Source: an uncultured Clostridia bacterium (GTDB lineage Bacteria > Bacillota > Clostridia > Christensenellales > UBA1242). Taken from it: a stretch of DNA of 64,000 bases. Shown here one piece after another: positions 1 through 11,003 of this stretch. Within the stretch, counting starts at the first letter, position 1, and every line of letters begins with the position of its first letter. The position numbers and the translations under genes are program-made. The notes beneath the pieces were generated by a model. It saw nothing but the letters and a program-made list of their open reading frames with translations, searched no databases and was not told the DNA's origin. The DNA is taken from the NCBI GenBank assembly GCA_944360075.1, contig CALVTE010000001.1, positions 7,054 through 71,053 of the forward strand, in the 5' to 3' direction.

Positions 1-3000
1 TGGCCGTTTGTTGATGACAAAATTGGCTGTTTTGAAAACTATTGTGTAGTTTTTGTTTGTTTGGCTTTCCATAGAGAATGGATATCTGCCAACCGATTCG
101 CCGCTTTGCCTTGTCACCACTCCTGTGATGTCCTCTTGGGTATCGTCAAATTCAAGACCGCCTTCCACCACAAAGGAAAACTCTGGGTCCTCGTCGCCAT
201 AGGTTTTGGAAAGCTGCTGCACGCTGACTTCAAGCTGTTTAGGCAAAATTTTTAAAACTGCTTCAGAAGAATATGTGATTGTGTAGTTTGGATTGTTTTG
301 ATTGTTTAAATCATCAAGATAAATCAAATACTCGCCAACGTCTTCGCCTTGATTACGCTTTGGCTGACCAACAAGGCTCTGCCCCAAAACAATGTTGTTT
401 GCCTTGTATGTGATTTGTGGGTCTTCTTCGCCATAGACTTTGCTTAGCGATGAAATCACAATTTCAACTGGGCGCCTTTCGATTGTGATGGTGTTGTTTT
501 GATAAACAAAACTGAAATTATAGTTGCCAAGTTTTTCTCCGCTGACCACAGGCTGAGTTTGCACAACAACTGTTGATAAACCAACGTTGGTCTGTTGCAG
601 CACAGCGTCAAGTTCTAGAGCAAACTGGTCTTGCGAAAGAGTGTCTGCAAAATTGGCTTGATGCTCAACTTTTAAAGTGCCGTCGTAAACTTTGTCTAAG
701 AAAGAAATTTGAACAACGCTGTTTCTTTTTGTGATTGAAAGGTTTGCGCTGGTAAAGATGATATTGTAATTTGGATTGAAAATTGAGCCTTGCTCTATTG
801 CATACAGTCCAACATCTTCGCCCCCCACCCTGGTCAAACTTCCGCTGATAAGTTGCCCTTCAACATCGTTTTTGAGAGTATATGTCAGCTCTGGGTCGTC
901 ATCGCCATACTGCTTTGTTTGCTCTTGTGCTGTGACGTAAACATCTCTTTGCGTGATTTGACAGTTGGCTGATTGATAGATAATAGAATAATTTTTGTTG
1001 CTCAAAGTGCCAAGGTTTATGGTGTGTGAGCCCACATTATAGTCGTCAATTTGCAGCTGTCCTTGCAAGCTATCACCTTTTAAGAGCCCATCGACTGAAT
1101 AGTCAAAATCAATCTCATCGCCAAAAACTGCCACGGTCTGTTTTGCTTTGACAACAATCTTTTTTGCAACAATATTTCCTGTCAACTCTCTTTCTTGCTC
1201 AATGGTATAATTGTTTTTATCTTCCCCTTCAAGCGAGCAGGTGACTTTGACTTTTTTCATAGTTGCAGCATTGCAATCTTCAAATTCTCCTGTGATTTTG
1301 ACTGAAACGTCTTCGCCTGTGACAATGTTTGTAACTTTATAATCTGAAAAAGTTGCCGCTGTTGTTTGGTCATATTCTTTGTCCAGCACAGAAAGGTTGG
1401 AAATGCTAAGCGGACGTTTTTCAATGGTAAGATAGCGCTCTTCTTGGCTGAGAATGATGTTATAGTTGCTGTTTCGCTCATCCGTTGCCAAAGAGCCAAG
1501 GTTGATTGCATATTTTCCAATTTCCTCGCCCGCCTGACGAGACAAGCTTCCATAAAGCGACTGCCCTTCAACAAGCGCAGTTTTGTCGTATGCAAAAGAA
1601 GGGTCGGCATCGCCATAATATTTTGAAACATTTGCAGGTGTGATGGTCACATCTCGCTTTAAAATCGTGCCTGTTGCCAAAATTGAGGTCTGTCTTGTCA
1701 AAACATACAAGTTTGCATCTTCTCCTGCCAAGCTCATGTTTTCAATGCCTTCAACATCCAAAACTTTGTCTTTTCCGGCGCTGGCATTTGCAAATTTGAT
1801 TTTTAAGCCGCTCAGCCACACTTCATGTTCTTTTTCAACACCGCTAAAGTTGTAGATAACATTTTCGACATCTACATCTGTTGTTCCGTCATAAATCTTG
1901 TCTGCAACTGTGATGGAACTTATTGAAGTATCTTTTGTAAGTTTGACTTCGATTTTGTCGCCTGCGTTGACGGTATAATTTAAAGTTGCGCCGTTGCCCT
2001 TATTCTGCCCATTGACATACCAACCGCCAAAATTGAAGCCACCATTGGTTTTTTTGTTGGTATCAATGCGCAAAATCACTCTTCTGCCTTGGTTGTAAAG
2101 GCCTTCGCCTGTGATTTTTGGTGGGTTTGAGAAATCAGACTCCACTTTGACCTGCACTTTTGAAGAAGAAATCGTGAACTGGGCAAATTCTTCAAAATAG
2201 GCATTGGTGTCAAAAGAATTTTTTCGGCATTTTGCTTTTATCTCAATTTCCGCCCCTTGTGGAGCATCGCTGTTTATGTGGAGATAGTTTCCAACAATTT
2301 TTGCATACTCCTCTCCCGACACAAATTCATACTGGGCAGCGTGAATTTGTTTGCTGTAACTGAGAAGATTGCCTGTGGTGTTGCCAATTTGCAAAACGTC
2401 GTTTGAAGCATTGAGTTTGACGCTTTCGCCAGCGCTGACAATTTCTTTTTCAGAAGAAAATTCAAAGCTCTCAATTTGAGTGTAAAATTTGATTGTAGGC
2501 TGCGACAAAACAAAACTAGAATACTTGCCCACCTCGGTTTGAGACAAAGTTGTAAAACTAAATCTGATCTCAGAGCCTTGGTCGGTTGAAAGTTTTAACA
2601 AGTCGGTGCTGTAAGTTGTTTCTTGGCCGCCGTTATGTGAAGTTGTCACAGTGCAAGAGTTTGTCCCCTGCGACAAGGTCACTTTGATGTTTGATTGATT
2701 GTTGTTGTTTTTTGCTTGAAACGAAAACTCTGCTCGCACATAGAGAACGCCCTTTTCAATCAAGGCATTCATATCGCTGGTTGTGATAACAGCGCCATAG
2801 CCCGAACTGGTTTTGCCAAGCAGCAGCCCAGACGAAGATACGATTGAATAATACTTTCCGCCCTCGTCTGAGACTTTTGCGTTTTGAAGAGTTGAGTTGT
2901 TTGCGTTGTCTCGAAAATAATGCTCAGTTGCATTGCCAACAGAGGCCGTCAAAACAAATTGATTGCCTGAGATGGCTTGAATTGTGGCTTTTGTTGAGTC

Positions 3001-3090
3001 TGGCAAAACAAACAAGCCCGCGAAAAAGAATATGCTAAAAAGAGTTATTAGCAGCGAAAATAGTTTTAATGAAAAACTCTTAATCTTCAT
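1..3090 (-). CDS. Secreted/cell-surface adhesin-like protein with YDG and MBG (YGX-type) repeat domains. Only the N-terminal 1030 codons are present; the ORF continues past position 1.
   Basis: Absent from the ORF track because no stop lies in-window. The minus-strand ATG at 3090-3088 is preceded by GGAG (3100-3097). The frame stays open to nt 1 (3090 nt = 1030 codons). The N-terminus MKIKSFSLKLFSLLITLFSIFFFAG looks like a signal peptide or anchor. Hand translation shows repeated modules YGDADPSFAY (near 1600), YGDDDPELTY (near 900), YGEEDPQITY (near 430) and YGDEDPEFSF (near 190). Each is followed by G.L.R..GE.VG.Y, and they are interleaved with K.YDGT modules. This is the pattern of MBG/YDG domains in giant Firmicutes adhesins. 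Confidence 0.8.
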   Translation of the reverse strand, partial: MKIKSFSLKLFSLLITLFSIFFFAGLFVLPDSTKATIQAISGNQFVLTASVGNATEHYFRDNANNSTLQNAKVSDEGGKYYSIVSSSGLLLGKTSSGYGAVITTSDMNALIEKGVLYVRAEFSFQAKNNNNQSNIKVTLSQGTNSCTVTTSHNGGQETTYSTDLLKLSTDQGSEIRFSFTTLSQTEVGKYSSFVLSQPTIKFYTQIESFEFSSEKEIVSAGESVKLNASNDVLQIGNTTGNLLSYSKQIHAAQYEFVSGEEYAKIVGNYLHINSDAPQGAEIEIKAKCRKNSFDTNAYFEEFAQFTISSSKVQVKVESDFSNPPKITGEGLYNQGRRVILRIDTNKKTNGGFNFGGWYVNGQNKGNGATLNYTVNAGDKIEVKLTKDTSISSITVADKIYDGTTDVDVENVIYNFSGVEKEHEVWLSGLKIKFANASAGKDKVLDVEGIENMSLAGEDANLYVLTRQTSILATGTILKRDVTITPANVSKYYGDADPSFAYDKTALVEGQSLYGSLSRQAGEEIGKYAINLGSLATDERNSNYNIILSQEERYLTIEKRPLSISNLSVLDKEYDQTTAATFSDYKVTNIVTGEDVSVKITGEFEDCNAATMKKVKVTCSLEGEDKNNYTIEQERELTGNIVAKKIVVKAKQTVAVFGDEIDFDYSVDGLLKGDSLQGQLQIDDYNVGSHTINLGTLSNKNYSIIYQSANCQITQRDVYVTAQEQTKQYGDDDPELTYTLKNDVEGQLISGSLTRVGGEDVGLYAIEQGSIFNPNYNIIFTSANLSITKRNSVVQISFLDKVYDGTLKVEHQANFADTLSQDQFALELDAVLQQTNVGLSTVVVQTQPVVSGEKLGNYNFSFVYQNNTITIERRPVEIVISSLSKVYGEEDPQITYKANNIVLGQSLVGQPKRNQGEDVGEYLIYLDDLNNQNNPNYTITYSSEAVLKILPKQLEVSVQQLSKTYGDEDPEFSFVVEGGLEFDDTQEDITGVVTRQSGESVGRYPFSMESQTNKNYTIVFKTANFVINKRP

Positions 3091-3105
3091 ATTCTTCTCC
3101 TTTTT

Positions 3106-6100
3106 TTAAAATCCAAGAGCATCATCTCTTCGTGGTTGCACAATTTGATTTAAAATTGTTGTGTCGCCCTCATAGGTGTCTTGAGGTCTGATAAATGGTG
3201 TTCCATTGCCCATCAAAGTCAACATATTGAGTTTGAGCTCGCCGCTGAAAGCAATCAACGACACTGCCACATTGATCTGTCCGTCAACATAGTTGAAATT
3301 TGGATTGAGCTGACCTTTGTAAATCACTCCATTGCTTTGGAAGTCAAACAGGTTTGCAACTTTGGCAGACAGGTTGAGCACTCCAAGCATATAATAATCC
3401 TCGCCATTGTAGGTATACTTGTATTGTGAATAGTTTGTGCTGATGATATTTTTGATTTGGCTGATGATGTCGGCTGCAATATCTGACAGGCCATACTCAG
3501 CAAAGAAGGAGTTGATTGAGCCGCCTTCAAATTCGTCAAGAGTCAGCCAGTTGTAAATTCGCACGTCGCCAATCAAAGTCAACTTGCTGTCGTAATATTT
3601 ATCGGTTATGTTGACATAAACTGGCTTGAATAAAATACAGCTTAAAAGACTGCTTGCAAAAATGCTGTCTTCCACCGTGACATCTGCCACAAAGGAATCG
3701 TTTGCTTGGCTGTTTAGAATAAGTCCGCCAGCAAATGAATTGCGCAAAATGCAACCTTTGAAAGTGACTTGCGAGTTGATCACTTCTGCAAGCACGTGTG
3801 CATTTTCGATGATGGTGTTGTAAATCAGAATGTTTGTAACATGGTTGCTGATTTGCAAAATCTTGCCTTTTGAGTCAAGTTTTGACAAGGCTGCTTCGTC
3901 TTCAAATTCCCATCCACGCAAAACCACATTGTCTATGACAAGGTTGCTTCGAGTGATGTTGATTTTGTTGTAAGCCTTGTCTCCAGAAAAATCAATCATT
4001 CTGCCATTGCCATAGATGTTATAGTTAAGGCTATGGTTGAAATCTGAGTCTGTGATGGCAATATCGCTGTGCAGAACAAGCGCGCTGAAATTGTCAGTTT
4101 TTTCTTTGTTGATTTTTGCAAGTGCTTTTATGGCAATCTTATACTGCTCAAAATTGTAAACATTGATGCCGTCAACCAGATAGAATGTGTAGGAATCCCA
4201 AACCACATTTGCACCTTCATAAGGTTGAACTTGCGGAGCTGTGATGGTCACAACACCACTGCCCTTGATGGTGACAACACCATTTTGGTCAACGGTTGCA
4301 ATGTCTTCGTCACTTGAAGACCATTCGATTTGCCCAGCAAAGTCCTGCCCACTAGGCTTGGTCGAATATTCCATCACATACTGATTGCTCAGTTTGCCCA
4401 AATCATCCACGAACCTGTTTGCAAACACGCGATACTTGCCATGACCATACTTTTCATCGCCGTCGTTGACGTCAAGTTTCAAACTGATATCGGTGATTTT
4501 TGCATAGAAAGTGAAAGTTTTGCTGTAAGAAATGCCAGTGCCATCAACGGAAATCGTCACTTTGACCTGCCCCGCCTTTTTGCCGCGCAAAACCCAGTGC
4601 AGTTTATCTTGTTGAGCCAGTGAAGCCACCGACTCGTCGCTAAGAGCGAATGAATAGGTATAGCCATCGGCGTAGATTGGTTGTGGGTTGACTTCAAGCA
4701 CCACATAATCTGTTGCATACATGGCATCTCGCGGTGCAGAGAAGGATATGTCTTTGATATTTCTTGTATACTCAATGGTGATTTGTTTTGAAATGGCTGG
4801 ATTGCTCTCAAGGCGAATTGTTATCACAACGGTGCCATAACCGCTGAACGACACACCTCCAAAGGTGTCAACCGTGGCAATAGACTGATCGCTAGAGCTA
4901 TAGACGAGAGTTTTGTTTGAGGCATCTGTTGGAAGAACGCTCGTCTGGATTTGATAGCCTGCCGAAGAAACGTAAACTGGCCCTTCTTCCACCACAATGT
5001 CTGTGGCCTGGCGATTTACAACAATGGTGTAAGTGCCTACAGAGATATTGTTTGCAGAAAGTGTGAAAATTGCTTGACCGCCGTTAAGCGCTTTGATAAG
5101 ACCATTTTCAAAACTGAAAACTGGTTTTTGTTCGTCATTTCGCTCTTCTGTGAGCGTGGTCAAACTCAGCGAAACGTTTTTGTTGTCTTTTGGCACAAAA
5201 CTTTCAAGACTGAGCTGAACTTGCGCCCCTGCATCAAGTCTTAAAACTCCACTATCAAAGGCTTGCAGATTGAGATTTGCTTCGAGCAAAGTATAGTCGC
5301 CTGTGTAATTGAAAATATAGGAAACTGATTTTTCGCCACTGGTGTTGTCTCTGCTTGTGAATGTTATTGTCACAATGCCCGGTTGCTTGAAAGTGATCAC
5401 TCCTTCTTCAACAGAGGCAATGTTTGGGTTGGAAATGAAAACGTCGACCTCTTGGTTTGAGGCATCTGCTGGTGAAATAACGGTGTCAAAGAAAAGCTTG
5501 CTCTGACTGGTCACGTAGCCAATTTGATAGAATTGCAACTCCTGTTCAAAGTCGATGTCAATCCCTTCGACCGGCGTGTTGACTGTCACCGTGCAATCTG
5601 CAAAAATCTCTTCGCCCAAAGAATTTTGGCTATAAGCTCTTATGACAGCACTTCCGCCATAAAGACCTTTGACAAGGATTGTTGAGCCGCTTTGACTGAT
5701 TGAAACCACATCGTTTTGGCCGCCGCCAACTGCAGACTGAGAAAGAATTTTGAAGTGAATATCTTTGTTTGTTGCGTCAAGCGGATAAGTTTGAGTCACA
5801 AAAAGCGAGAAGGACGAGCCTTTTGCAAGGGGTTTTGAATCAACATTCAAAGCAATGCTGCTTAAGTAGCCCATCGTGCTTGTCACACTGACCTGCTTGT
5901 GCAAATTGCTGCCATCCATTGTCGAGATGGTCACAACAACTGTTCCTGCAGACGAGAAAATCACTTTGTTGCCTTCAAGCCTTGCAAAGTCCACCTTTTC
6001 AATTTGATAAGAAAGTGTTTTGTCTGTTGCGCTGTTTGGATAAGCTGTTGCGTTTATAACAGCTGAAGATGATGCAGTGACAATGTTTTCTTCGCTCACA

Positions 6101-9100
6101 ACAATGGATGTCACCTTTTTGATAACGTTGATGGTGATATCATAAGTAAGCCCGTTTGAAAGTTCAAGACGAATGTTGCTGAAGCCGCCATTCAAAGCAG
6201 TTATAGTCAAATTTTTGTCGATGCTGACCACATTGACACCTGTTGTGTGATTTGTTTCTCTTATCAAAATTCGCTTGTTGGTAGTGTCGCTTGGCGTCCA
6301 TTTGGTCACTTCTATTGTGATGCTGTCGCCAACGTTGAGCAGAACTTCTTTGCTCTGGTTGATTTGAGCGTCAAGTGCATCGCCGCCTGTATACCTAAAC
6401 TTAAAGGATTTTGCAACGTTTCCATCACTTGAAGAAACTTCTATTGTCAAAATGCCAGCGCCAATCCAGTGAAGTGTTTTTGTTTGCTCATCGATATCGG
6501 CAATTTCTTGCGCCTCACCGTTTGAATTGTATGAGCTGGTGATTTTGTAGTTGAGCGCCGCTTCTATCACTTCTCCCTTAGACTTGGCATCAAAATTTAG
6601 AGAGGTCAAGTCGGTTGCTGTGACCAAATAGCCGTTGTATTGCTCAAGCTCTCCTGCATAGATAATGTCGTCGACAAGTTGCTCGATAATTATTGCAATT
6701 TGATAGCTCTCTATCATGCCACCCGCTTGGTCATACAAAGTGCAGATGATTTGACACTGACCTTTTTTCAGCGCCTGCAAAATATCTCCATCGATGGAAA
6801 GAAGGTCGCTGCCAGAACTTTGAGCAAATTGGATTTCAAGATGATGATAATCATTGCCCACAGAAGCAAAATCAAGTTTGATTTGACCGCCCACATACAT
6901 TTTTATTTCACCTTGAGTTGGGTCAACAATCTCAATGCCTTCAGCAATCTTTTCAATGGTGAAGAGATAGGTCTTTTCTGGGTCATCTTGGCTTATCGCA
7001 ACAATTTGTGCAACGCCGTTTTGAAGGAAATATAGACTTGTGCCTTCAATATATGCAATTTCTGGAGTAAGCACCTGGAAAACAACATCCTTGTTTGTGG
7101 CATCCACAGGCAGCACGTTTGCTTGCAAAGTCAACATACTGTTTGTGGTGGTGATGTTTGACGGAGTCACTTCAATCGAGTCAACATTTTGATAAACGTT
7201 GATTTCGAAAGTCAAAATCACTGTGGTGGAAACATAAACTGTCAAAGTTGCCTTTCCGCCCGCCACCGCGGTTATGGTTGAGCCCTCTGTTGTCAAAACT
7301 TTGCCTTGCGGACTTGCCGTCTGCTGATTTGAAACGGAAAGCGAAATATTGCGATAGATGCTGTTTGACGGAAAGACTTCTTTGATTGCAACTTCAAACT
7401 GGTCGCCTGCATTTAAGGTTTGCGGCATTGACTGCACCTTGCCATCAACAAGCACACCCACCTGGGCAGAAATAGGATAAGAACCTGTGTATCTGACGCT
7501 GACGCTTTCTGAGTAGCCAGACGTTGTTGTGGCGATAAGTTTTACAAGACCAGACTGGTTAAACCTAAGGGTGTCTCCCAAAATCACTCCCATGTTTTTG
7601 TCGTCAAGCGACCATGTTATGGTTTTGTTGGTGGCATCAGCTGGAAGGCAAGAAGCCGAGAAAGAAAGAGTGTTGAGCGCCGTCACGTATTCTCCATTTT
7701 GCATTTCAAGGTCAAGCAAAATTTCGATATCTTCAACTTCGCGCAAAACTTCAACTTCAAGCTCATAAGATGCTTTTTGTCCGTCAAGCAAAACCAGCGA
7801 GACTTGCACTTGCGCTTTGCCACCGCCAATTCCACGCAGACTGCCATCTGGCAAAATTTCAACAACCTGACCTCTGCCTGCATTGCTTGTTTGACTCAAA
7901 ATTTCAACTTGCACAGCGTTGGCATTTGCATTGCTTGGAAAAACGCTGTAATCAATAACGGACGAAGAGCCATAATCCATAACAATTTTTTCTTGGTTTA
8001 GCACAAAAGTTTTAGCCTTTCCAGCGGTATATTGCACTGAAACGGTTGTAGAGATGTTGCTGTAATCTTTATTTGCAAAAATTTTGATTGTTGCAGTGGT
8101 TGGATTGTCAGTCAAGAAAGTGACATCGCCGTCCTCGTTGACAGAAACTTCATTTGATGATGAATGATAAAAGAATTTGTTGTTTGTGGAGTCTTCTGGG
8201 AAAGACCTTGGCCTGAGAGTGACTGTTTTGTCAGCCGTGACAACATCTTCAATCAAAATGCCTGTTGCAGGGCTTTCAACATAGACCGCGATTTGCTCGG
8301 TGATATACACCCCTTCAGCCTTTTCAACTGAAACTGTGATTGTTGCATCGCCGCCACTGAAAAAGTATAGATAGCCATCTTTGACATAGGCCACATCTTC
8401 GTTTGAAGACGAGAAGGATACCTCTGTGCTTGTGAGATAGCTTGGCTCTACTGTGTAGTCAATGATTTGTGCAGCATCTCCAAGGGTGGCTGTGATGGAA
8501 TATTTTTCAAGTTGCAAGCTGTGAGCATAACCTGCCGTATAAACCACCGTCATGGTTTTGCTAAAACCGCCGTCAACAGTGGTCAAGGTGACCTCCACCT
8601 GCCCCGCACGGCTAAATGAAACTTGCCCAAGACTATTGACCGTTGCAATGCTTTGGTCATCAAGCTGGAAAATCACATTCTTGTTGGTGGCATTGCTTGG
8701 CAAAATTTGATAGCCTATTGAATATGTGCTCTCACCAGTGATGGCATAGGATGTGTTTAAAACAATGTCTTCCACCGGCCGTGTTACAGACAGATTGACA
8801 AAATCGCTATAGCCTCCATCCTCGGTGGTGGCTGAGATTGTGACGTATCCAATTTTTAAGGCTGTAACCAGTCCGTTTTGGTCAACCTCGGCAATACTCT
8901 CATCAGAAGAAGAGAAAATCACGTTTTTGTTTTCTGCCTCATATGGCGAAATTTCCCACGATAGTTGCAAATTTGAGCCAACGTGCATCTCCTGCTGTGG
9001 ACTGCTCAGTTCAATCTGGTGAACTCTGCTGTCAGTCACGTAGAAATAGCAACTTGCTGTTTTGTTGCCGTCAACTGCTGTTGCAGTGATGTATCCCCGA

Positions 9101-9378
9101 CCAAACCCCACAAAAGAAACATTTCCGTCAAGGTCAACTCTTGCAACTTCTTCATTTGTGCTTTGCCAAATCACTTCTTGATTTGTGGCGTTTGTTGGAT
9201 AGATGGTTGCTTCAAGCGAAATGGTCTCGTCGATATTTGCAGTGATTTCGCTTCGATCAAGCTCGATTCTGTCAACAGCAATAGAAACATTGCCAACCAC
9301 AATATCCATTGTGAAGTTGACCAGAATAATGATTACGAGTGGAATTGCCACCATTAAAAATATCATCAGTTTTTTCAT
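3106..9378 (-). CDS. Giant membrane-anchored surface protein with about 17-19 bacterial Ig-like (Big_2) domains and a C-terminal beta-helix-like domain.
   Basis: 2090-aa ORF. The N-terminal hydrophobic segment is MKKLMIFLMVAIPLVIIILVNF. There are many tandem modules with the Big_2 signature, e.g. IYPTNATNQEVIWQSTNEEVARVD, ILPSNATNKNVIFQLDDQSIATVN and VLPTDASNKTLVYSSSDQSIATVD. The last ~420 aa contain short repeated turns (NITRSNLVIDNVVLRG, NILIYNTIIENAHV, VTFKGCILRNSFAGGLIL, VTVEDSIFASS) suggestive of a right-handed beta-helix. The start overlaps the upstream permease stop by 4 nt. Confidence 0.85.
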   Translation of the reverse strand: MKKLMIFLMVAIPLVIIILVNFTMDIVVGNVSIAVDRIELDRSEITANIDETISLEATIYPTNATNQEVIWQSTNEEVARVDLDGNVSFVGFGRGYITATAVDGNKTASCYFYVTDSRVHQIELSSPQQEMHVGSNLQLSWEISPYEAENKNVIFSSSDESIAEVDQNGLVTALKIGYVTISATTEDGGYSDFVNLSVTRPVEDIVLNTSYAITGESTYSIGYQILPSNATNKNVIFQLDDQSIATVNSLGQVSFSRAGQVEVTLTTVDGGFSKTMTVVYTAGYAHSLQLEKYSITATLGDAAQIIDYTVEPSYLTSTEVSFSSSNEDVAYVKDGYLYFFSGGDATITVSVEKAEGVYITEQIAVYVESPATGILIEDVVTADKTVTLRPRSFPEDSTNNKFFYHSSSNEVSVNEDGDVTFLTDNPTTATIKIFANKDYSNISTTVSVQYTAGKAKTFVLNQEKIVMDYGSSSVIDYSVFPSNANANAVQVEILSQTSNAGRGQVVEILPDGSLRGIGGGKAQVQVSLVLLDGQKASYELEVEVLREVEDIEILLDLEMQNGEYVTALNTLSFSASCLPADATNKTITWSLDDKNMGVILGDTLRFNQSGLVKLIATTTSGYSESVSVRYTGSYPISAQVGVLVDGKVQSMPQTLNAGDQFEVAIKEVFPSNSIYRNISLSVSNQQTASPQGKVLTTEGSTITAVAGGKATLTVYVSTTVILTFEINVYQNVDSIEVTPSNITTTNSMLTLQANVLPVDATNKDVVFQVLTPEIAYIEGTSLYFLQNGVAQIVAISQDDPEKTYLFTIEKIAEGIEIVDPTQGEIKMYVGGQIKLDFASVGNDYHHLEIQFAQSSGSDLLSIDGDILQALKKGQCQIICTLYDQAGGMIESYQIAIIIEQLVDDIIYAGELEQYNGYLVTATDLTSLNFDAKSKGEVIEAALNYKITSSYNSNGEAQEIADIDEQTKTLHWIGAGILTIEVSSSDGNVAKSFKFRYTGGDALDAQINQSKEVLLNVGDSITIEVTKWTPSDTTNKRILIRETNHTTGVNVVSIDKNLTITALNGGFSNIRLELSNGLTYDITINVIKKVTSIVVSEENIVTASSSAVINATAYPNSATDKTLSYQIEKVDFARLEGNKVIFSSAGTVVVTISTMDGSNLHKQVSVTSTMGYLSSIALNVDSKPLAKGSSFSLFVTQTYPLDATNKDIHFKILSQSAVGGGQNDVVSISQSGSTILVKGLYGGSAVIRAYSQNSLGEEIFADCTVTVNTPVEGIDIDFEQELQFYQIGYVTSQSKLFFDTVISPADASNQEVDVFISNPNIASVEEGVITFKQPGIVTITFTSRDNTSGEKSVSYIFNYTGDYTLLEANLNLQAFDSGVLRLDAGAQVQLSLESFVPKDNKNVSLSLTTLTEERNDEQKPVFSFENGLIKALNGGQAIFTLSANNISVGTYTIVVNRQATDIVVEEGPVYVSSAGYQIQTSVLPTDASNKTLVYSSSDQSIATVDTFGGVSFSGYGTVVITIRLESNPAISKQITIEYTRNIKDISFSAPRDAMYATDYVVLEVNPQPIYADGYTYSFALSDESVASLAQQDKLHWVLRGKKAGQVKVTISVDGTGISYSKTFTFYAKITDISLKLDVNDGDEKYGHGKYRVFANRFVDDLGKLSNQYVMEYSTKPSGQDFAGQIEWSSSDEDIATVDQNGVVTIKGSGVVTITAPQVQPYEGANVVWDSYTFYLVDGINVYNFEQYKIAIKALAKINKEKTDNFSALVLHSDIAITDSDFNHSLNYNIYGNGRMIDFSGDKAYNKINITRSNLVIDNVVLRGWEFEDEAALSKLDSKGKILQISNHVTNILIYNTIIENAHVLAEVINSQVTFKGCILRNSFAGGLILNSQANDSFVADVTVEDSIFASSLLSCILFKPVYVNITDKYYDSKLTLIGDVRIYNWLTLDEFEGGSINSFFAEYGLSDIAADIISQIKNIISTNYSQYKYTYNGEDYYMLGVLNLSAKVANLFDFQSNGVIYKGQLNPNFNYVDGQINVAVSLIAFSGELKLNMLTLMGNGTPFIRPQDTYEGDTTILNQIVQPRRDDALGF

Positions 9379-10988
9379 GCTTCAATGCTCCTGTATCTTT
9401 TTTCAAGTTTGAAGAAAAGTGCAAACAATTCAATTGCCATAAACGGCACACCAAAACCAAACAGAACAATGTAAATGGCAGGAACAGACACAAACATCGA
9501 AACTGCAATTGCGCCAATGCCCATCAAAACTGCAATAACAAAACCGATTGTGATGCTTGCGTTGACATTTCCGTTTGTTGTGGTGACCTCTTTGCCGTCA
9601 AGGAACATAAACTGCGGACGCCTTATATCGAGATTGATTGAACTTGCGATTGAGCCAATCACAATCATGCACACGGCAAGAGCAATCAGCATGGCATTTG
9701 AGTAAGACAAAAATCCTGCAAAAGAAAGCACAAGGCAGCTTATGATGACGGATGGAATTGAAACCAGCACATACATCAAAAACTTGACCACAATTTGTTT
9801 GGTGAAAGAAACTGGAATGATTTTTGTGTGAAAGAAATTGCCGCCTTCTCTTGTGATTGAAGTTGCAGCAAAAGATGTGCCCATGCTTAAAAACATCAAC
9901 AGCACAAGCACAGCAATGCCCGGCAAAACGCCAGTGCCCACCTGTTCAACGCCAATGTTTGAGGCAATCTGACTTGAAAAGAAAACCATCAGCGGAGTGG
10001 TGATCACGATAGTCAGATATTGAAAAGAATAGTTTGTTGAACGAAAAATGCAAAGAAATTCTCGGAAAAACAAAGCCTTCGACACCGAGCGCTCTTTGAT
10101 TTTTGTTTTGTTGCGATAGATGCTTCCGCCACTTTCAATGTTTTTGAGCAGCAGGTTGAGATAAGACTTTTTTGCAAAAATATAAACCAAAAGGCAAAGC
10201 ACAAGGGCAACCGTTAAATTTACCACCGCGCTTGGCCAAAAACGATACAAAAGCAAACTGTTTTTAAACAGTAATGGCAAATATAGAAAGTTTGAAATAA
10301 ACTTGATATCCAGCACCACCTGACTTTGCAAAATGGAAGAAACATCGGAAGAGCTCATCACTTCCATGAAAAATTTTAAGCCGTAGGTGTAAACTGTAAA
10401 GCCTGCTGCCACGCAAATGATGTAAAGCACAAGCATAACCACAAATTTGTTTTTAAGATAGCCCACCACATACATTGCAGGCACAGACAAGAGCACGCCG
10501 CACAAAAATGGTATCACCGGCAGAAAGATAAGGTTTGGCAAAAGCATAATGTAAAACATTGCCCCTTGCATGGTTTGCACGCCATAGATGATAAAGATAG
10601 GCAAAGTCAAAAAAGTGGTAAAAATAAATTCATAAATAAACAGATATGTGATTTTTGCAAGAAAAATCGTTCGTCCGCTGAGTGGCAATTTCAAAAGGTC
10701 GGAGTCGGAATTATAAAAAAGCGTTTTTGTTGTCAGACTAAGCCCAAAAAACAGCTGCACAATTTGAACAAGACAGCTATAGTAAACAATAAACTCTTGA
10801 GCAAGGTCGGCTTTGACGCAAATTGAAATCAAATTGCTGAAAACATAAACCAAAGCTCCGCCAATGGCCACAACACCCAAAATGGTGATAAGATATTTTA
10901 TCAATTTGGAAAAAATATGCCCCTTTACTCTTATTTTTGGTGCACGATTTAAAAATTCAAGTTTTAAAAGCGTCAAAAATTGGGTCAT
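9375..10988 (-). CDS. Polytopic membrane protein, putative ABC exporter permease partner.
   Basis: 537-aa ORF that is hydrophobic throughout, with roughly 12 or more predicted TM stretches by eye. GGAG lies 4 nt upstream of the ATG. It sits 15 nt downstream of an ABC ATPase gene and overlaps the next gene by 4 nt. Confidence 0.7.
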   Translation of the reverse strand: MTQFLTLLKLEFLNRAPKIRVKGHIFSKLIKYLITILGVVAIGGALVYVFSNLISICVKADLAQEFIVYYSCLVQIVQLFFGLSLTTKTLFYNSDSDLLKLPLSGRTIFLAKITYLFIYEFIFTTFLTLPIFIIYGVQTMQGAMFYIMLLPNLIFLPVIPFLCGVLLSVPAMYVVGYLKNKFVVMLVLYIICVAAGFTVYTYGLKFFMEVMSSSDVSSILQSQVVLDIKFISNFLYLPLLFKNSLLLYRFWPSAVVNLTVALVLCLLVYIFAKKSYLNLLLKNIESGGSIYRNKTKIKERSVSKALFFREFLCIFRSTNYSFQYLTIVITTPLMVFFSSQIASNIGVEQVGTGVLPGIAVLVLLMFLSMGTSFAATSITREGGNFFHTKIIPVSFTKQIVVKFLMYVLVSIPSVIISCLVLSFAGFLSYSNAMLIALAVCMIVIGSIASSINLDIRRPQFMFLDGKEVTTTNGNVNASITIGFVIAVLMGIGAIAVSMFVSVPAIYIVLFGFGVPFMAIELFALFFKLEKRYRSIEA

Positions 10989-11003
10989 TTTTTCTCCATT
11001 TTT